63,345 nucleotides of DNA, filler included, from Octopus bimaculoides (GCF_001194135.2; 6 parts of 4 records of this genome joined end to end with filler, not necessarily neighbours in it), one strand, 5' to 3'; positions 36,798-50,969 are shown, counted from the first letter of the whole stretch. Notes: a model not told the origin generated them from the letters alone. Made by a program: numbers and translations.

Positions 36798-37169
36798 AAA
36801 TAGGGTTATATTCGGTTTAAATGAGGTTATATTCGTTATATTAAATATTAAATAGGGTTATATTCGGTTTAAATGANNNNNNNNNNNNNNNNNNNNNNNN
36901 NNNNNNNNNNNNNNNNNNNNNNNNNNNNNNNNNNNNNNNNNNNNNNNNNNNNNNNNNNTGAGGTTATATTCGTTATATTAAATATTAAATAGGCTTATTT
37001 TCGGTTTAAATGAGGTTATATTCGTTATATTAAATATTAAATAGGGTTATATTCGGTTTAAATGAGGTTATATTCGTTATATCAAATATTAAATAGGGTT
37101 ATATTCGGTTTAAATGAGGTTATATTCGTTATATTAAATATTAAATAGGGTTATATTCGGTTTAAATGA
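36798..37169 (+). repeat. 52-bp minisatellite spanning a gap
   Basis: Unit AAATAGGGTTATATTCGGTTTAAATGAGGTTATATTCGTTATATTAAATATT starts at 36798, 36850, 36987, 37039, 37091 and 37143. Confidence 0.95.
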
Positions 37170-37249
37170 ATGTATATGTGCTAAAAAATTTGTTTAAAGT
37201 TAATAGAGCACTCTATGTATACTTTACTGTGTGAATTATAATAATAAAC

Positions 37250-37861
37250 GTTCTTCACGGTGGCGGGACAAAATGATGCTCTGAAAACCTTCCCTAAATC
37301 CGAGCTCTTCAAAAAGAAGGTTATGGTGACTGTTTGGTGATGTACTGCTGAACTCAGCCACTATAACTTCTTAAAACCCGCAAAAACCATTACTGCAGAA
37401 ACATATTGCCATGAAATTGCCAAAATGAACGAAAAACTGCTACTCCTCCATCCCAGACCCCGTCTACAGAAAAGGGCCAATCATTCTTCATGACAATGCT
37501 CGACCACATGTTTCACTAATGGCGCTCCAGAAGTTGAGGGAACTTGGCTACGAAGTTCTTCCCCACTCAGCTTATTCCCAGACCTTTCTCCTACAGACTA
37601 CAACTTTTTCAAGCACTTCGATGGTTTCCTGCGAGAGAAGGAGTTCAAAAATCAAACTGATGTTGAAAGTGTGTTCAAAGAGTTCATCAGTTCCAGAACT
37701 GCAGATTTTTACGTTACCGGAATAAACAAACTTGTAACTCATTGGCAAAAATGTGTTGATTGTAATGGTACTTACTTTGATGAATAAAATTTCTGCATTA
37801 CTGAAATATATTGGGACGAATTTTGTTTCAAAACGTTGCTTACTTTTTACTCAGTCTGATA
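37250..37861 (+). mobile_element. Mariner transposase 3' fragment with terminal repeat
   Basis: [47 protein letters not shown]. Ends in a TIR-like sequence followed by TA. Confidence 0.92.
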
Positions 37862-38787
37862 TATATATATTTTAATGTAGTCACTGGTTATAGCCAGTCA
37901 GAAATTTACCATTGGTTTTGTGGAGGCACATGCAATCTTGATAAGTAAGGTTATGAAAAAAACCCTGAAACAAAATTCTTCAAAGTAAAAGCCTGTTGGG
38001 TGAGATGGAGTTATCTCCTTTGACTGGTTCCATTTGTATTCAAAAAGGGTCAGTTTATGTACGATCTCTGTTTACTAGTCAGCAAGTGAGGAATTCTATG
38101 TCTTCAACATGAATTTTCTCTCATGGAGACAATGACTAAATACCCCACTTTAAGAAGACCCCTGTGTCAAGCAAATTATTTTAGAATTCTGGCTCTTTCA
38201 ACCAAGCAAATTTTGCATCATCTATTCCTATTGAGGTGTGATCCAGGATGTTCCAGAAGCTTCCATTTAATCCTGTATGGCATTTTCTCTCCTTTTAAAT
38301 ACCATAAGCTGGCCAAAGATGATATTTTCTGATCAGTCATAATCAACAACTACACTTCTTGAAGTAAGAATTTATACATCTAGTTATGAAAAATAATGAC
38401 GTAGTAATTTTTGCTATCATTAGCTATCTATAATTTCTCTACATATACATTAGCTATAGAAACAGCTGTTACAACTACAGAAGGAATTGTTAAGCTTCAT
38501 CTCATTGGTCAGATTTATTGCAGGTGTAAATATGTGCCAAAAAATCTTACAAGATTGGATCGAGACACCTTTCAGTTGTTTAGCTTAGTGAGTTCTTGGC
38601 AAACTATTACTTGGGAGCCTCCCATTTGAGATAAAAAGAAATTTATTCAATCAATTTAATCAGAGAGACTAGTTGCTTTTCGTTGCTTTTCTACCTATGT
38701 TGGCTCAACATGCTTACACATTCTTGCCCCCCCCCCCCGTCTCTAACTTTCTTTTATTTTATAGAGCCCACATTAACACACAAATGT

Positions 38788-38871
<84 letters not shown>

Positions 38872-39479
38872 CCTGTTAAGCAACACAAATACACAGAAAT
38901 CTTCATATTATGAAAAGAACACTCCTTTTTCGTCTATATTCTATTGGCGGTCATGTTCAATATAATCTTTTTCTTAACAATCAACATATGTTAAATCAAG
39001 GGAGCACCTTCTAAACTTAATTCACCCCACTTCCTTCTGGATTTCTAATAATTATTTTGTGTTAACATAAGATATTTTCAGTTCCCATTTACGAAGTACA
39101 ATCACAAAAAATTTATGACAAGTAAGGATCAACCTAAATGTACCTTACTTAAGCCTGTTGTGTAACATACCTTATGATCATTTTACATTTCAGAGAACAT
39201 TTCAAAATTTTTTTTTTTAAATCTTGTTAACCTTTTCTCAATTATGCTACAATATATAGGTTGGAAACCAATGATATAAATATTTTCAGCATTTCTTAAG
39301 AAGAATTTTTGGGGCAGTTTAGTTGCCTGTTATCTCAATACAGAATGACAAACATAGCTGAGTATGTCAGCAATTGATCTATTTCTGGCTTAGAGTTACA
39401 TTTAAATATTACATCATCCCATAAATAATGCAGTTTTTACAATTGCATGAACTAAAAGTCAGAGGGGGATGGGATAAAC

Positions 39480-39690
39480 TACCTGCATCAACTTGTTATA
39501 AAAGCAGGTAGTAATTTTACCTTATCCTTATTCTTAGTGCAAGTTTTGAAGAGTGCAGTTCGATTTTAACAGTTACTTTTTCAAAGTTATAATGAAAGTG
39601 ACAAAGGGGCATATTCAGCATATTTTGCTTTATGAGATCAATAAAGGCAACAATGCAGAAGAAGGTGCGAGGAATATTAATGCATCCCTG
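39480..39690 (+). mobile_element. Mariner transposase 5' fragment
   Basis: MKVTKGHIQHILLYEINKGNNAEEGARNIN resembles a mariner N-terminal helix-turn-helix region. Confidence 0.75.
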
Positions 39691-39699
39691 GGCAACTAT

Positions 39700-40400
39700 G
39701 AACCGCCACAGGCCTGTTTCAGTCACATCAATATTAACCTTGTCAGCCCCCTACCACCTTCACAGGGTTGCTCATACTTACTGAAAAAAGATGCACCCCC
39801 ATATGTAGGAAAGAAGTTGGAAGAAATTCCATTCACTGCACCCAGTGTAAGCTATGGACACATAAGAGGTGCAGTGGAATCACAGGTAGATTAACAGATA
39901 AAGTTGCCTCTGTATGTTGGCAGATGTGCAGGAACAATAAGCACTAAAAGCACACGGGACTTAGATTCTCTTAAATGCCCAGGAAGCTCTCTTGAGGTTG
40001 TAGATAGGTTCTGTTACCTAGGTGACCAAATAAGCAATGGTGGAGGATGTTCTGAAAGTATTGTTTCTAGAATAGATATTGGGAGGAGGAAGTTCAGAGA
40101 GCTCTGTTGGCAACAAAAGGACTCTCTCTCAGAGTGAAGGGCAGACTATATGGTACTTGTATGTGAACGGCTATACTCCATGGTAGTGAGACATGGGCTC
40201 GGAATGCAGAAGACATGTGTAGACTGGAGAAAAACAAAGGTAGTATGATCTGTTGGATGTGCAACATCAGTGCACATGTACAGTGAAGTGCAAATTTGTT
40301 GAGAGAAAAGTTGGGCATAAGAGGAATCAAAATTAACATGCAAGAGAGAAAACATGACTATGTTGGTTTGGACATGTGATGCATATGAATGAGGACAGCT
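39700..40400 (+). mobile_element. RTE-clade LINE, RT C-terminal fragment
   Basis: LEVVDRFCYLGDQISNGGGCSES...KFREL followed by degenerate downstream RTE motifs. Confidence 0.85.
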
Positions 40401-41284
40401 ACATAACAAGAAAACTTCTCATAACATAACAGCTACATAACAAAGAAGACTTCTCACATACTCTACCACAACAAACCAAACTACATTTCTACATCTCTTC
40501 TCTTCCTCACATTTCCACTTCATATACTATGATTACCTCCCACTCCCCAATCTTGTCCTCTTGGCCCTGTGCCACTGTATCATTTCCCCCAACCTGTGCA
40601 TTCTACCCACATGCTGTCTCACTCTATTATTGCTATCTGCTAGCCCCCAACCTGGGTTTTCCACCACACATAACAAGAAACTTTTTCCTTCAACCTACCC
40701 CAACAAACCAATCTGCATCCTTCCTCTTTCTCACATTTCCTACTTCATACACTATGCCTAGCTTTCATTCCCCAGTCCTGTCCTCATACCCCTGTTCCTC
40801 TGTATCATTGCTATCCAGTAACCCCTCCAACTCCATATATACCCAGGTCTTTCACCACTTACTCACACTCTTTAATCACACTTCCTTCACAATATCCTGC
40901 CACTTATGCAATGGCATTTGAACCTCAAGGGTATTACCTGGCACTTGCCACTATCTACATCTCTCTCTTCCTTTACTCAATCATCCCAGTTATATTCTGA
41001 TCCCCATTCCTTATAAGTATGCCTGGAATTTTGCCACCATCTCCATCCTGTGGTCTCCCACCCTCTCTTTCTCTCCTTCTCTTGCACTTCCCTTAGGTTG
41101 GGCAACCATGTATTTTCTTTGTGGTAGCACACCTGTTTCTGTCTTCATTCCTGATCTTTCTCTCTCTGGCCGGGTAACCTTGTACTTCCTCTTCAGCAAG
41201 GCACTTATGTCTCTCTCACTATAACCTTTTCATCATCACCTCCTCCAATGCCTCCTCTCCTCTTAAAAGTGTTTGTCTTCCAAG

Positions 41285-41500
41285 TACTTGATGACCCAGT
41301 CAGTGCAGGTGCCACTTAAAAGCACCCAGTTCACACTGTAAAGTGGTTGGTGTTTGGAAGGGCATCCAGCTGTAAAAATCTTGCCAAAACAGTCACAGAA
41401 GTCTGGTGCAAGCTTTGGCCTGGCCAGCTCTTGTGGCACTGTCCCACCTATGCTAGCATGGAAGACGGATGTTAAATGACAATGATGATGATGATGATAT
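41285..41500 (+). mobile_element. Family E copy
   Basis: GGAAGGGCATCCAGCTGTA...GCTAGCATGGAAGACGGATGTTAAATGA(TGA)n. Other copies lie at 21905-22070 (-), 24070-24260 (-), 33960-34070 (-), 48050-48150 (+) and 52800-52930 (+). Confidence 0.8.
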
Positions 41501-41512
41501 ATATATATATTT

Positions 41513-41543
<31 letters not shown>

Positions 41544-42060
41544 TAGATATTAGACAGAAATAATGGTTTTATACATTTTATTTATTACAGTCTTACAACT
41601 ATTTTAGATGTGTTTAGCTGCATTCATGGTTCAATCTTATTGATTAATCAACTGATTGAAAAGATTGAGCCATGAATGTACCTGAATTCATATATGAAAC
41701 ACCTGTAAGCCTATAATAAATAAATGAATGTATATAATCCATTATTTCTGTGCATTTTATGCATCACTCTGTAAAAATATACCATTATAAACTGTGTAAT
41801 GGAACCAAAGATTTACAAATTTGATTGGAAATGGACTTTGATTTGGATTACCTGATCTATAAGACTGATCATAAAACTTTTTTGTTAGCCCGGTACAAAA
41901 TTTTTTCAACGAGAACTTAAGAAGTATTTCAACTGGGTTATTAATCTCTTTTTGTGTTGATATGTTCATGTGTGTGTGTGTGTGTTCGTGTGTATAAACT
42001 ATGAACATATTACTCTAGGTGCAAGTGTGCATGTACGTGTGCAGGAATAACTACAGATAA

Positions 42061-43050
42061 CACTGGTCAACAACAAATTTATTGCCTAAAGTTTCAGATT
42101 TAGGACAATTCTTTTGTGCTAAATCCAAAAATCACATTAGTTTTGTTCAATTATCTCAGGTTTTTGACCTAAGACCACATGTTATTTTTTACATTTTTGT
42201 TTACATGCACAGGTATTTTTACTTTATATGATGCAAAATTCTTTTTTTATTTCTTGAAATAAACAAACTCAGAAGAGTTTGCATTTATGACTAATTGGTA
42301 TTTTTATTTTACAGGTGAATGAAATGGCTTTGACCAGAAGATCTTGCAAATGTAAGCCCAACGTATTCTGCTACATCTGCAGTGAATACACCATTGTTCC
42401 TAACGGGAATCCAGTCACAAGTTTCATAAAACATGCTTACCGTGCTTATTTTGGTATTAAACTTGGTGACCAGGATAATGCTTGGGCACCACACAGGGTA
42501 TGCAAAGCATGCACTGAGAATCTGCATCAGTGACCAAGGGCAAGAAGAGTTGTTTGAAGTTTGGAATTTCCATTATTTGGAGGGAACTGACAAATCATGG
42601 CACTGACTGCTATTTCTGCACTATTCATGTGACTGGGATCAACAAAGAGAACCTGAGCAGCCTCAAGTATCCTCATCTTCAATCAGCACATCGTCCTGTA
42701 GCTCACTGTGATGAAATTCCAGTACCTGTCTTCAGAGAACTTCCTGACACTAGTGATGAAGAATCCTCCAGTGTCCAACAAGATGAAGAAGAAAAAGAAG
42801 AAGTTCTTGACAATGATGCACCACATCCTTTTTCCAAAAATCGAGCTAAATGATTTAGTTCACGATCTTGGATTGTCAAAGTTCTCTGCCAAACTGTTGG
42901 CATCCAGATTGAAGGGAAAAAAACCTCCTCTCTGACAATGCTCGCATCACCTTCTACCACAACAGGCATCAAGAGCACCTCCATTTTTTTCAGTGAAGAG
43001 AAGGACTTGGTGTACTGTACAGATATTGCTCATCTTCTGCACAAGCTTGG
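42061..43050 (+). mobile_element. Chapaev-like (CMC superfamily) DNA transposon, 5' part, decayed
   Basis: Starts CAC. Encodes FCYICSEY...LGDQDNAWAPHRVCKAC...W...HGTDCYFC zinc finger and ELNDLVHDLGLSK...LLASRLK. Stops and frameshifts present. Confidence 0.75.
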
Positions 43051-44000
43051 GATCTCTTGGCAACATAAATATCATTCTATCTTTAATAGACCCACCCTGA
43101 AACTATCTTATTCTGTCCCACCCAACTTCAAATCTATTGTAGCAGCCTCTAATAAGCAAAAGCTTTCTCTTTACTACCAAAATTCACATAGTTACAACTC
43201 ATACAGACACTCAACATATACACAGCTCCAGCACAGACACCCTTACATCAGACCACAACCACAGCCCAACCCATCCTACTGACACTGCCCAGAACACCAC
43301 CACAATCTCTACCACTCTTACAAATAGTACAACTAATAACAACAATAGTAATAATAACAATGATAGTAATGATAACGTTAATAATACTAATAATCTAGAA
43401 TCTTCTGCCCCCTTCTCTAACCTCTCTTCTGACAATATTACCTCCTCCATTCCTGAACACAATCCCCAAAATTCACCTAATTGTAACTGCCATCCTGAAA
43501 CCATTTGCCCATTACAAACCCATTGCAGAAGATATAATGTAATTTACAAATGCACTGTCCTTAATCTATTACACAACTCTACAGCCATATACATAGGATC
43601 AACCAAAAATTTTAAACAACGATATGCCGCTCACCTCCATTCTTTCAAACATGATAAACATAGTAAATCTACAATACTCGCCAATCACATACATCATCTC
43701 CAAAATACAAATATACCCTATACTCTATCCATACTGGCCTCAGGGCTTCCCTACCGAAGTCAGCACTCAACCTGCAAGCTTTGCCTTAAGGAGGCACTTC
43801 ACATATTAAAGCACAACTCTCCAACACTGCTAAATAAACATAATGAGGCACTAAGCACATGCAACCACTGCTTTTTTCACACATTCAAATTCTACCACAA
43901 ATCCAAATGCCTAAATGACCATGCAGTACATTTCCACAATACCCCTTAAGTAATCCCAATAACCTTATAAATCTACAATCTAACTCCTAATCCCTATCTA
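43050..44000 (+). mobile_element. Penelope-like element 3' fragment (linker + GIY-YIG)
   Basis: HKYHSIFNRPTLKLSYS linker, then a stop-free frame CNCHPETICPLQTHCRRYNVIYKC...YIGSTKNFKQRYAAH...CKLCLKE...LLNKHNE ending at 43949. Confidence 0.9.
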
Positions 44001-45255
44001 ATTCCTCTTTCATACTCGAATATCACAACCATTTAATTATATTCATGTGTATATGTGTGTGAATGTATGTATGTATGTATGTATGTATGTATGTATGTAT
44101 GTATGTATGTATGTATACAAGGTATATATACCTGCGTGTGCAGGAGCAATAATACATACAGATACACATATATATATGGGTGTACATATGTACATATACA
44201 TATGAGTACGAGTTGTATGCGTAGATGTTGATATGTATAAATATTTGGCTGAAACACATAAATAAATAAATAAATAAATAAATATATATATACATATTTA
44301 ATATATGCATCTGTATACATCTTCACATATATATTTTCTTCTCATAACCTATATATATNNNNNNNNNNNNNNNNNNNNNNNNNNNNNNNNNNNNNNNNNN
44401 NNTTAATTAATTAANNNNNNNNNNNNNNNNNNNNNNNNNNNNNNNNNNNNNNNNNNNNTCTATCTATCTATCTATCTATCTATCTGTCTATCTATCTATC
44501 TATCTAAAGCAGGATCAGTGATAACAAATCCGAGACCTTATATGGTGACTCTAATTTCTAAATAATCAAATATATCTTGTACGAACGAAAATACTAGATT
44601 AGAAAATTTGATAGTCTGCGTATAAGGGACGAATGCATGAAAGTTTCAAGTATATAAATAAATGTTCATTGTTCAACATATTTCTTCATTAAATTTATGT
44701 GTGTGTGTGTTTGTGGGCGTGTTTGTACGCGTGTGTGTTTTTGCATATGTTTGTGATATGTATATAAATATATATTTTGAGCATACGTCACAATGACGAT
44801 AAACCTCGGATATATAATTAGAGCTTATCCCTATGGTCTGAAAGAGACGGGTTAAATATTCGGAGAGAATTCTAATCAAAGCGAAACGTCAAAAACTCAA
44901 GAAACATTTGCCAATTAAAAGGTCACAAAAGCAAATGAAATAGGAAGAAAATATTTCTGGGAAGTTCATCTATCATATATAATTTGATATTGTATTGGTA
45001 AGATAAATCGTTCGTTTATGATTTTCTTTATTCATTTTGTTGTTAACGAAGTTGTTTTTGCAGATATGAGACAAATAACGACGTTGTTTTTGATGTTATC
45101 TTTACCATTCCGTTTGTTTTATTCATTTGTAATTAAATATCGAATATCGGTCCCATATGAATAGGAAAAGATATTTAATCATAACAAAACAAAAACGTTT
45201 GAAGCAGTGTTTACAAACTCGCAAATAGAATTTCAACAAACACACATACAAATAC

Positions 45256-45302
<47 letters not shown>

Positions 45303-46404
45303 ATACATACACACACTTATTTTATATGTGTGTGTATAAGCATGTGCATATATATATATATATANNNNNNNNNNNNNNNNNNNNNNNNNNNNNNNNNNNN
45401 NNNNNNNNNNNNNNNNNNNNNNNNNNNNNNNNNNNNNNNNNNNNNNNNNNNNNNNNNNNNNNNNNNNNNNNNNNNNNNNNNNNNNNNNNNNNNNNNNNNN
45501 NNNNNNNNNNNNNNNNNNNNNNNNNNNNNNNNNNNNNNNNNNNNNNNNNNNNNNNNNNNNNNNNNNNNNNNNNNNNNNNNNNNNNNNNNNNNNNNNNNNN
45601 NNNNNNNNNNNNNNNNNNNNNNNNNNNNNNNNNNNNNNNNNNNNNNNNNNNNNNNNNNNTATATATATATAAATATATATATATATTATTCTTTTAAATG
45701 CACGTGACTTCACATTTGTAATTTTTTTTGTTTCTGAACAAACTTTTGGGCGCACGGTGCTTGTATGTATATGCGTTGTTATATGAATTTGTGTGAGTGA
45801 GTTTGTGCGCGCATGTATGTGTGTGTCTGTCTAAGCATGTGTGTATTTGTTATGTAACCAGACTTCTACTGTGGAAAATAATCATGATACATACTAAAAA
45901 TCTATAAACGTCATATGTTGTATGTTAAGTTAATCTTAAGCTGCGTGATGTTCAGTCATAAAAGTGAGTAAAATGTGGCATAATGTACGTACTCTGTTTC
46001 GGAGTTTCGTATATTTTAGTGTGTTGAATAAGAATTATTTACACAGTAATTACAATACGTGTGAGTAAAATACGAGATTTTCATTGTTGGTATATTTTTA
46101 TTGCTCTCCCTTTTCTTGCAGAACTCATACTTTTTGTATTTTTTAATGTTAGATCATCGGTCTCTAGTTTCTAGAATATATTGTGATTAATATCACATCC
46201 ACTTAATATCAATATTTTCCCTAATCTGGATCTGAAATATTTATTCTAATTTATACAAGTACTTTGGATTCAATTCTTAGACGTTGCGCCTAAGCCTTAA
46301 CTCATAAAGATTCTATGAACTCTACATTCCTTTACCAAAATATACCGATTCAAATAGAACACTATACACCCTACTTTAATATACTTATAATAATAATTTC
46401 TTAT

Positions 46405-46781
46405 GTTGTTGTTGTTGTTGGCATGCCGTCGCTTACGACGTTGAGGGTTCCAGTTGATCCGATCAACGAAACAGCCTGCTCGAGAAAGTAACGTGCAAGT
46501 GGCTGAGCACTCCACAGACACGTGTACCCTTAACTTAGTTCTCGGTGATATTCAGCGTGACACAGTGTGATAAGGCTGGCCCTTTGAATTATAGGCACAA
46601 CAGGAAGAGAAAGTAAGAGTGAGAGAATGTTGTGGTGAAAGAGTACAGAAGGGTCCGCCACTATCCCCTGCCGGAGCCTCGTGGAGCTCAATAAATACTC
46701 ACAACGCCCGGTCTGGGAATCGAAACCGCGATCCTATGACCGCGAGTACACTGCCCTAACCACTGGGCCATTGCGCTTCCG
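46405..46781 (-). mobile_element. SINE family B
   Basis: Same sequence with a small internal deletion, TSD ATAATTTCTTAT. Confidence 0.9.
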
Positions 46782-47944
46782 ATAATTTCTTATAGAGACC
46801 TTGAAAATTACAAGGAAGTCCTGTTCTCTTAACATACACGAATAGAAATACGCCCTATTAAAAGAATAGCTCACTGCTTTTGTTGATGCATACTGATTCT
46901 CAAATGTCCCTAAATAAATTCAGGCAGTGTATTTTCTCAATAACATCAGGGTTCATTTCTCAAATATACTACCTCTTGTTACAATATGTGACCTATGCAG
47001 CATGCAGGAATTGATGCTACTGGCATATTCGAGATTAATATATTCGCTATTTAATACTCTTAACGATTTATAACTTTCAGCTTCAGAATCTTTAATTATC
47101 ATACTTTGTTATTAAAAAAAAAAAAAAAAAAAAAAAAATGGGGCGGATCTACCGTATGTATAACCCTCTAAATTCGCATCGCAGTGTATATATCTCCTTT
47201 CAAAATCTCTGTCTATATGTTCGATGAGAAAGGGGAACGTTCTGTAATAATTCTTTTTTGAAATATCCCTTCTGCAGTATTATTAAATCAATCATGTCAA
47301 ACTTCATAAAAAGATGTAATGTGAATATTTCAATTATATAATTATTTTCAGATTATTGAACTTTTAGACGGAAATTAGGTGTATAAATTATGGGTAACAG
47401 TGAATAGAATAAGGATGAATCGAAATTAATTTACTCGTAACATAGTACATTTTACAGGAAGTATTTTATAATTCAAGACTACAAGTTATTATATGTGGAG
47501 TAAAAGCAATCGATTCAGAAATTAAATTATTCAGTTAGCTCGATATTTTTTATTGTGAGGACATGGTCTTCTTTCAAATCTTTATCATAACTATAAACAA
47601 GCGTTTTGGAATTCATTCTGCAGTTTATTAAACATTGCTCAGCTAAAATTACATTAAATACCAAGCAATTTGAAATTTCTGGATGAAAGCAGATAGGGAA
47701 GACATTCCAACATTAAAACTGCAACTCGCAAAATTCCCAAAGTCCATTTTATTTAGGCATTCCCTTTTATATAACCTCTCCATACATTAAGTCTTTTTTT
47801 TTTTTTTTAGCTAATGTTACCTTAAGGAATAGGTTTTCATTATCTATAATAACGGTCCCTAATGCAAGCACTCCCAATATATGGCTATATACTCCCTACA
47901 TAGACATAAACCACGCATGTATAAATGCACGCAAAAATGTGCGG

Positions 47945-47995
<51 letters not shown>

Positions 47996-48392
47996 TGTGT
48001 GTGAATGTGTGTATGTGTAAATGCATACGTTACTTGAANNNNNNNNNNGAGCCTGGTGTTGCCATCCGGTTTCACCAGTCCTCAGTCAAATCGTCCAACC
48101 CATGCTAGCATGGAAAGCGGACGTTAAACGATGATGATGATGATGATGATATATATCATAGAAATAGGTTTCAAAGAAAAATGTCTAAACGTGGTATAAA
48201 CAGGGGAAAAGTAACAAAAGATAACAAAGAAAATGCACATTAGATATAAAAAATAAACGCTTTTTCAAAAAAAGCAAAGACACACACACAATTAGATGAT
48301 TTGAGATGGAATTATGAAGCATAAAAATGATTATTATGAATTATTATAGAGATTCAAAGTCATACCGGCACTGTCAGAGCTGATCACTGACT

Positions 48393-48430
<38 letters not shown>

Positions 48431-50349
48431 GTATATATANNNNNNNNNNNNNNNNNNNNNNNNNNNNNNNNNNNNNNNNNNNNTTAATTAATTAANNNNN
48501 NNNNNNNNNNNNNNNNNNNNNNNNNNNNNNNNNNNNNNNCAGCATGAGGTATCAAGGCTGAAATCTCTCTTTAGACAATACTGAAAGGGGGAGAAGGATG
48601 AGTGTGGGAAGAAATAACAGAGAAAGAGAGGGAGGAGGAGGAGGGGGGGCAAAGAGGAAGGACAAAAATCCCACTCATTTGAAAATTATCAATCAATAAA
48701 ATCAGATTTGCTTGGGGGTTTTTGTGGGGGTTTTTTTCTTTTGTTTTTCAATTCAATTGTTTGATAGAAAACTGGCTTCCTCTCCCAACCCCTACCACAA
48801 CAACAACAACAACAATAATAATAATAATAATAATAATAATTATTATTATTATTATAATAAAGAGAGTCTGATTATATTTAATCAGAGGCCAACTAACCAA
48901 CCGACTTATCGTCAGGCCAGGCAGGCAGTCAAACAATGAGACAATAAAGTAAACAGAAAGAACCTGAACAAAGTAATTTGAAACACCACAATACCATATG
49001 AAAAGTTCTCTCTTGATATTTATCACAGTATTCTGTGTTCTAATACAACAACTTTCAAGTGGGGATAAATACTACCTTTTGGTATTAACACAGCTCCTGT
49101 TGCTATTAATTAATTTTTATTTAGCCCACTGGCTATTTGCAACACCAGTGCCTTATTGGGCACTGTGAGTCTATGTATATAGCTACTGTGGCAGCTGCTG
49201 CTATTTCCAGCAGTCAGGCATCTACCATTGACAAGGCCAAGGGAGGCTGGTATCATGTGATCTCGTAGTTTTGGCAGTGGCGATGGCAGTGATTGTCTCC
49301 CTTAAATCCTAACAGTTCTACTCTTTTTCAATTTTTTTTTTATCAAGAGTTTAAAATACAGACAGTCCATTTTTTTTTGCTTAAATCCCAGCAATGGACC
49401 ATCCTAGGGTGCATCATCATCATTATTCCTTCGTGTGTATGGGGGAGGGGGAATATTGAAAAATATCAATACATATCAGAGTGACAAAGAAATGAAGAAG
49501 GCATCAGATTTTCAAGAGTTGTGCTAAAAATAACAGCTAAATCGCTCTTAAATCATACACCCCCAAAAAGTTATGAGGGGTTATATGGGGTACTTAATCT
49601 ATAATTCAGCAAGCGAGTTTGGTAACCTTGGAAAGCAGCAAGTTCAGGGAAGGACCACTCTGAGTATGATAGTACTTCATTGTCTGTGAAAACCTGTCGA
49701 GGGCAAAACTTAAAGGGGTTAACACCAACAGTTAAGGGTCAGAGAAGAACTTGGGGATTACTGACTCTATACATAGGGCATGAAAATGCATAAATAAGAA
49801 TGGTGGTTGTGTTGAAGACCCTAACTCTCAGCTAGGAAAATGGCAAATATTAACTCATTTAAGGGCTGCTATTGGACTGAGGAACCACAGAGGGGTTTTC
49901 TGTGGGGGCGTATGATATATGCCTGTAAAATTCTCATAAAGGGACACACTGGATACAGGTGAAGGAAATTTGGATTGAACATATCAAACTGCTGTTGCCC
50001 CATTTCTGCATTTATAACTGCTGTCTGTTATGAGCCTAGGGCCCATGGGGGCCAAATCTTAAGCAGGTTTCCATAGCCTGGAGCAAGATTATAACACTAC
50101 CCCCTGAATGAGATGCCAGTCCATCACAGGGTTAAATTCCCAGCTATTGTAGAAACCCATTTACAGCTGAGCAGATGGGTGTAATGGGAAATGAATGCAA
50201 CACACCATCTGATCTGGGAATAGAAACCATGACCTTAGAATTGTGAGTGCAACCGTCTAACTACAAGGCCACATGTCTTTCATGCAGTACTTATATCTGG
50301 GGGCTGTGTAGTGGGCAGAGGAGTGTAGAGGGAAGAAGAGGGCTTAGAC

Positions 50350-50969
50350 CAGTGGTTCTCAACTGGGGTCCATATGGCTTCTGAAAGCTCATATAGGATT
50401 TTTGGGGTCCATGCAATAAAATAGTAAATTAGAGATCCACAATAGTATTTTCAGGGCCCCTGAAAAAACTTCTCTTTAGATGTATGTATTGGTTATGTAT
50501 TGCAAGAAACAGTTGGGTTTCTTTCTCTAACATTTTATAGAGCTCAACCTACAGAAGTTAATGTGTGGAAAATAAAATAGGAATTTTGAAAGAAGTTTCT
50601 GTAAAACAAGTTTTGAAACATCAAATGGCTATGGGGGTTCACCGGAATAAAACAGCAATCAAAGAGGGTCCACACAAGCAAAATAATAAATTGGGGACCT
50701 ACAATTGTATTTTAAGGGCCCCTGAAAAGACTTCTCTTTAGATGTATGTATTGGTTATATATTGCAAGAAATACCTGGGTTTCTTTCTCTAACATTTTAC
50801 ATTGTTCAACCTACAGAAGTTAATGTGTGTAAAGCAAAATAGAATTTTGAAAGAAGTTTATATAAAACTAGTTTTTAAATACTGAATGGCTATAGCAGGG
50901 TCCACCAGGAGAAAATAGTAACGAAAGGGGTCCATAGATAAAAAAATTAAAAATTATTGAGAATCCTTA
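50350..50969. mobile_element. hAT (Charlie-like) MITE with internal tandem duplication of about 260 bp
   Basis: Starts CAGTGGTTCTCAA and ends TTGAGAATCCTTA. Flanks GCTTAGAC and ACTTAGAT form a degenerate 8-bp TSD. Units start near 50407 and 50666. Confidence 0.75.

Noticed and set aside
37250-39690. Mariner 3' and 5' fragments as one element
   Set aside because: The order is reversed (3' piece first, same strand), so they are two separate decayed copies.
40420-41280. CT-rich region with a diverged internal repeat of about 250 bp and several short ORFs, with similar purine-rich tracts at 22080-22860 and 61860-62420
   Set aside because: Probably old unclassified repeats. No protein or RNA motif could be supported.
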